Positions 61,226 to 63,924 of a stretch of 63,924 nt of DNA are shown here, in pieces. The DNA comes from an uncultured Campylobacterales bacterium (GTDB lineage Bacteria; Campylobacterota; Campylobacteria; Campylobacterales; Sulfurospirillaceae). Each line of letters starts with the position of its first letter. Position 1 is the stretch's first letter. A model generated the notes under the pieces. The model did no database searches, was not told the origin of the DNA, and saw nothing but the letters and a program-made list of their open reading frames with translations. The stretch is taken from the NCBI GenBank assembly GCA_964598135.1, contig CAZRAK010000001.1, positions 1-63,924 of the forward strand, written 5' to 3'. Position numbers and translations under genes: made by a program.

Positions 61226-63874
61226 TTACTTGAGCGCTCCCCAATTCTCTCCTATCTCAACAGATACTTTTAAAGGCACTTTTAACTTATAGATATTTTC
61301 CATAATCTCTTTTGCTTTTTGTGAAAAATCTTTAGCAAACTCGGTTTTCACTTCAAATATAAGCTCATCATGAATTTGCAATAGAAGTTTTGCTTTATCA
61401 TCTATGATTGTATCCATAATTTTATTCATAGCCATCTTAATCAAATCTGCTGCACTTCCTTGGAAAAGTGTGTTTACAGCCTCTCTTAGATATGAGGCAT
61501 GAAGCATAGCATTTGCATTTTCAAAATCAAAATACCGTCTTCGCTCCAAAAGTGTTTGAGAGTAGCCTTTTTCAAGTGCAGTTTTTCCTACTTGATGCAA
61601 AAACTCTTTGACTGTTGGAAATGAAGCAAAATAACTCTCTATATACTCTTTTGCCTCTTTTGTACTCACATGTATAGTTTGTGAAAGTTTTCTTGAGCCC
61701 ATGCCATATAAAAGTCCAAAGTTGATGCTTTTTGCAACTCCTCTTTTGGCTTTAGCTTTAGCTTCACCAAATATCTTCAAAGCTGTTTCATAATGTATAT
61801 CTTTTCCTTCATTAAAGGCATTCAACAAAGCTGTATCTCCACTAAAATGAGCCAATAATCTCAACTCTATTTGTGAATAGTCAATCCCTACCAAAGAGTA
61901 ATCTTTTTTAGCTACGAAACCAACTCTTACCTCTCGCCCAAGCTCAGTTTTTACTGGTATATTTTGAAGATTTGGATTTTTTGAACTAAGCCTTCCTGTT
62001 GCAGTACCAGTTTGTAAAAATGAGGTGTGAATTCTACTATTTTTGTCTTTTAGCCCAAGCTTTAACAATGGCTCTATATAAGTTGATTTTAATTTATATA
62101 TCTCTCTGTATTCGAGTAATTTTGGGATTATTGGATGCTCATCTAAAAGCTCATTTAACACTTTTTCATCTGTACTATATCCCGTCTTGGTTTTTCTTAC
62201 AACTCTCAATCCCAAACCCTCAAAAAGTACCTTTCCTAATTGCTGAGTAGAATTTACATTGAACTCTAAACTACTTAAATCATATATATCTTGCTTCAGA
62301 TTTTCTATAGTTATTAAACTTTTTTTAAGCATAACTTCAAGATACCTTACATCTATCTTTATACCCTCTTTTTCCATCTTCATAAGTGTTTTTATAAATG
62401 GAAATTCTAAATTTCTGGCAAGTTCAAGTAAATCTGGTTCTAAGAAATCCACTATCTTATTGTAAACCCTCAAAGTCATCCATGCATCTTCACTAGCATA
62501 TTTGCAAGCTGACTCTATATCTACTGTATCAAATGTTTCACCTTTTTTTACTGTATCTTTAAATTTTATCATAGGATGATTAAAAAATCTCAAAGACAAG
62601 GTATCAAGTCCTATATTTTTTTCTGGATTTAAAAGCCAAGCTAAAATCATCGTATCAGCATATATAGGTAAATCAGAAAAAACAAAATTGTTTTTTACTA
62701 CTGCTAAATCATATTTCAAATTTTGTCCAACAACTTTACATGTGAATATTTTTCTTATTGCCTCTTTTGCAATATCTAATCCAACCTGTTCACCAACACC
62801 CAAGTAACTGTGGGCAATAGGAACATAATATGCCTCTTGTGCATTTGAGGCAAATGAAAAACCAACTATCTTTGCATTGTAAGCATCTAGTGAGTTTGTT
62901 TCTGTATCAAATGCTATAAGTGAGTTTGGTTTTAGACTTTCTAAAACATCAAAAAGTTTCTGTTTTGTATTTAATAAAATTGCTCTAAAAGTATCTGTTG
63001 CCTCTATCTTTTGCTTGGATTCAACATTTAACTTTTTAAGTATATTTTTAAGTTCATATTTTTGCAACTCTTCAGCTATATGAATTAGTGGTTGTCCACT
63101 TGGGAAATAAAAACTCTCAAACTTATCGGATATATCCAAGTTATTATATAAAACCACAAGCTTTTTACTTAAAAATGCATTTTCTTTACTTTCAATGAGA
63201 AGTTTTTGTGCTCTTTGATTTCTTATTTTATCAATATTTTCATATATATTTTCGAGTGAGCCAAACTCATCCAAAAGAGTTTTTGCTCCTTTTGCTCCGA
63301 TACCTTTAACTCCAGGGATATTATCAGCACTATCACCGACAATACTTAAATAATCCCCTATAATACAAGGATGAACTCCAAACTTTTCAAGACATCTTTG
63401 CTCATTTATATCTGATTTTTTGATAGGGTCATATAGGGTTACTACATCATCATCTATAAGCTGATAAAGGTCTTTATCGTGACTTACAATTCGCACCTTT
63501 ATATTATTTTTTTTGGCAAACTCTACTGCTGAGGCTATCACATCATCTGCTTCATAACCCATCTTAAAATAGCACTTAAAGCCCATCTTTTCTATCCAAG
63601 ATATCGCAATAGGGAGTTGTTTTTTCAAATCTTCTGGAGTTTGGGGTCTTGTTGCTTTGTAGTTGTTGTCGATATCATGCCTAAAAGTTTTGCCTTTTGC
63701 ATCAAGTGCAAAAAGTATATAATCACTTCCTAGCTCACTCCTTAATGAGTATATAAAATTTGCAAACCCAGTCAAAAGACCTGTTGGGAAGCCATCCTTA
63801 TTTCTTAAATTTGGCAAAGCAAAATAGTTCCTAAAAAAAAATCCGAATGTATCTATAATGGTTAATGTTTTCAT
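61226..63874 (-). CDS. polA: DNA polymerase I
   Basis: 5'-3' exo (YEADD, DKD, GDSADNIPGV), 3'-5' exo (DTET), TGRLSS..PNLQNIP, DYSQIELR and QIHDEL. Confidence 0.97.
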   Translation of the reverse strand: MKTLTIIDTFGFFFRNYFALPNLRNKDGFPTGLLTGFANFIYSLRSELGSDYILFALDAKGKTFRHDIDNNYKATRPQTPEDLKKQLPIAISWIEKMGFKCYFKMGYEADDVIASAVEFAKKNNIKVRIVSHDKDLYQLIDDDVVTLYDPIKKSDINEQRCLEKFGVHPCIIGDYLSIVGDSADNIPGVKGIGAKGAKTLLDEFGSLENIYENIDKIRNQRAQKLLIESKENAFLSKKLVVLYNNLDISDKFESFYFPSGQPLIHIAEELQKYELKNILKKLNVESKQKIEATDTFRAILLNTKQKLFDVLESLKPNSLIAFDTETNSLDAYNAKIVGFSFASNAQEAYYVPIAHSYLGVGEQVGLDIAKEAIRKIFTCKVVGQNLKYDLAVVKNNFVFSDLPIYADTMILAWLLNPEKNIGLDTLSLRFFNHPMIKFKDTVKKGETFDTVDIESACKYASEDAWMTLRVYNKIVDFLEPDLLELARNLEFPFIKTLMKMEKEGIKIDVRYLEVMLKKSLITIENLKQDIYDLSSLEFNVNSTQQLGKVLFEGLGLRVVRKTKTGYSTDEKVLNELLDEHPIIPKLLEYREIYKLKSTYIEPLLKLGLKDKNSRIHTSFLQTGTATGRLSSKNPNLQNIPVKTELGREVRVGFVAKKDYSLVGIDYSQIELRLLAHFSGDTALLNAFNEGKDIHYETALKIFGEAKAKAKRGVAKSINFGLLYGMGSRKLSQTIHVSTKEAKEYIESYFASFPTVKEFLHQVGKTALEKGYSQTLLERRRYFDFENANAMLHASYLREAVNTLFQGSAADLIKMAMNKIMDTIIDDKAKLLLQIHDELIFEVKTEFAKDFSQKAKEIMENIYKLKVPLKVSVEIGENWGALK

Positions 63875-63882
63875 TTAATGTC

Positions 63883-63924
63883 CCCTTTAGCAGGAGCAAA
63901 GCCCCTCCTAAATTCCTCGCGACT
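63883..63924 (-). repeat. Copy of the SD-associated hairpin element upstream of polA (cut by window end)
   Basis: Minus strand GCGAGGAATTTAGGAGGGGC-TTT-GCTCCTGCTAAAGG(GG)acattaaATG. Confidence 0.7.

Overview
An AT-rich chromosomal window from a Campylobacterota (epsilon-proteobacterial) genome. Gene order resembles conserved Campylobacter blocks: der-aroK-trpS-serS-pflB; cheY-prmA-ftsH-psd-pssA; an LPS core/ADP-heptose locus; cyt c553-ccoS-ccoI-rho-dnaX; dnaJ/racRS-recR. It also carries a TRAP transporter, leuA, hisAH, a chemoreceptor, ppk2, a copper-resistance module, amrSB and polA. I saw no rRNA, tRNA, transposase or CRISPR array. The most interesting signal is a dispersed ~80-bp hairpin element, always in the sense orientation and ending at a Shine-Dalgarno site. 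It occurs before ccoS, twice before recR, before polA, and degenerately before gmhA; an unrelated-sequence analogue lies before der. Where both ends are visible it duplicates the SD/spacer region. At ccoS and recR it is read as a stop-free mini-ORF (..SFSxRNLSxALLLxKE..) that overlaps the upstream stop and the downstream start by ATGA, which would preserve translational coupling. Other unannotated items are a Leu-rich leuA leader peptide, a 38-aa lipoprotein, an ATT-initiated YgjP-family gene, a 2-keto-acid decarboxylase inserted between aroK and trpS, and a G8 tract in the O-antigen ligase. All family assignments come from motif recognition; no searches were run.
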